A stretch of 64,000 nt of DNA, taken from NCBI GenBank assembly GCA_004431415.1, contig QPMI01000010.1, forward strand, positions 372,001 through 436,000. The letters are read 5' to 3'. Position numbers and translations under genes: made by a program. The DNA is from Cyanophora paradoxa CCMP329 (taxonomy: Eukaryota > Plantae > Glaucophyta). This document shows positions 63,701-64,000 of this stretch, piece by piece. The notes beneath the pieces are model-generated. The model had not been told where the DNA came from and ran no database searches. It was given only the letters and a program-made list of their open reading frames with translations. Position 1 is the first letter of the stretch, and every line of letters starts with the position of its first letter.

Positions 63701-64000
63701 AGGGCCGGAGAACAGGGGCGGGTTGAGGCGGCGCGGACGTTGAGCGGGGTACGGATCTCGTGGCTCATGTTGCGGACGAACTCGGAGCGGAGTCCGTTAA
63801 GGCTACGGGCCTCCTGGTAGTGGTGCGCGAGCCCCAGCACGATCGAGTCGTAGAAGATCGATTCGATCTCCGCCAGCTCCTTCAGCTGCAGGGCCCGAAG
63901 GCGGGCCAGGACCCGCAGCCACGCCCGGCGCAGCGCGCGCAGGACCCGCCGCAGAACCGGGCAGCGCCGCCCGTCGCAGTCCTCTGCGCGGCCGCGGGAC
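60717..64000 (-). CDS. Hybrid histidine kinase (HisKA-HATPase-pseudo-receiver-receiver), 5' part outside the window
   Basis: SEFVRNMSHEIRTPLN (H-box), GDPVRLRQ..INLASNAIKF (N), VTDEG|TGI (G1), LFRPFAQAD (F), RRFGGTG (G2), ILCAEDN..LCLM|DVQMPVLDG..PIVALSAN..AGMDDF. Confidence 0.95.

Noticed and set aside
1-64000. Most long Arg/Pro/Gly/Ala-rich ORFs in the supplied track (e.g. 35748-36941, 40115-41662, 54815-56005, 61039-62160)
   Set aside because: These are shadow or antisense frames caused by high GC. The real genes are spliced and lie in other frames.

Overview
Eukaryotic, very GC-rich, intron-dense genomic DNA. Introns are about 60-80 nt and many use GC-AG ends. The style resembles a glaucophyte/protist such as Cyanophora, but I cannot verify the species. 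Most of the six-frame ORF track is GC-driven noise, so genes were reconstructed from exon fragments and their boundaries are approximate. Recognisable genes: patatin-like phospholipase (-), TPR-like helical protein (+), large NHL/PKD-like multi-TM surface protein (+), PMS2 (+), tafazzin-like acyltransferase (-) head-to-head with FAN1 (+), two tandem paralogues of an unrecognised TF-like family (-), tRNA-Asp(GTC) (-), LDAH-like hydrolase (+), sigma-type GST (+), HSF (-) and a 5'-truncated hybrid histidine kinase (-). The strongest unexplained signals are in the DNA itself. (1) Non-coding DNA is saturated with chained short palindromes, and duplicated copies differ by palindrome-creating indels. 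(2) Gene bodies show GCAC/GTGC->GTAC conversion, including at synonymous codon positions. (3) A decayed ORF has only TAA/TAG internal stops and CTA/GTA codons, a RIP-like CpA->TpA footprint. (4) A complete tRNA-derived SINE with a 13-bp TSD is present. (5) An intron-retaining gene fragment has been copied locally with a 12-bp TSD.
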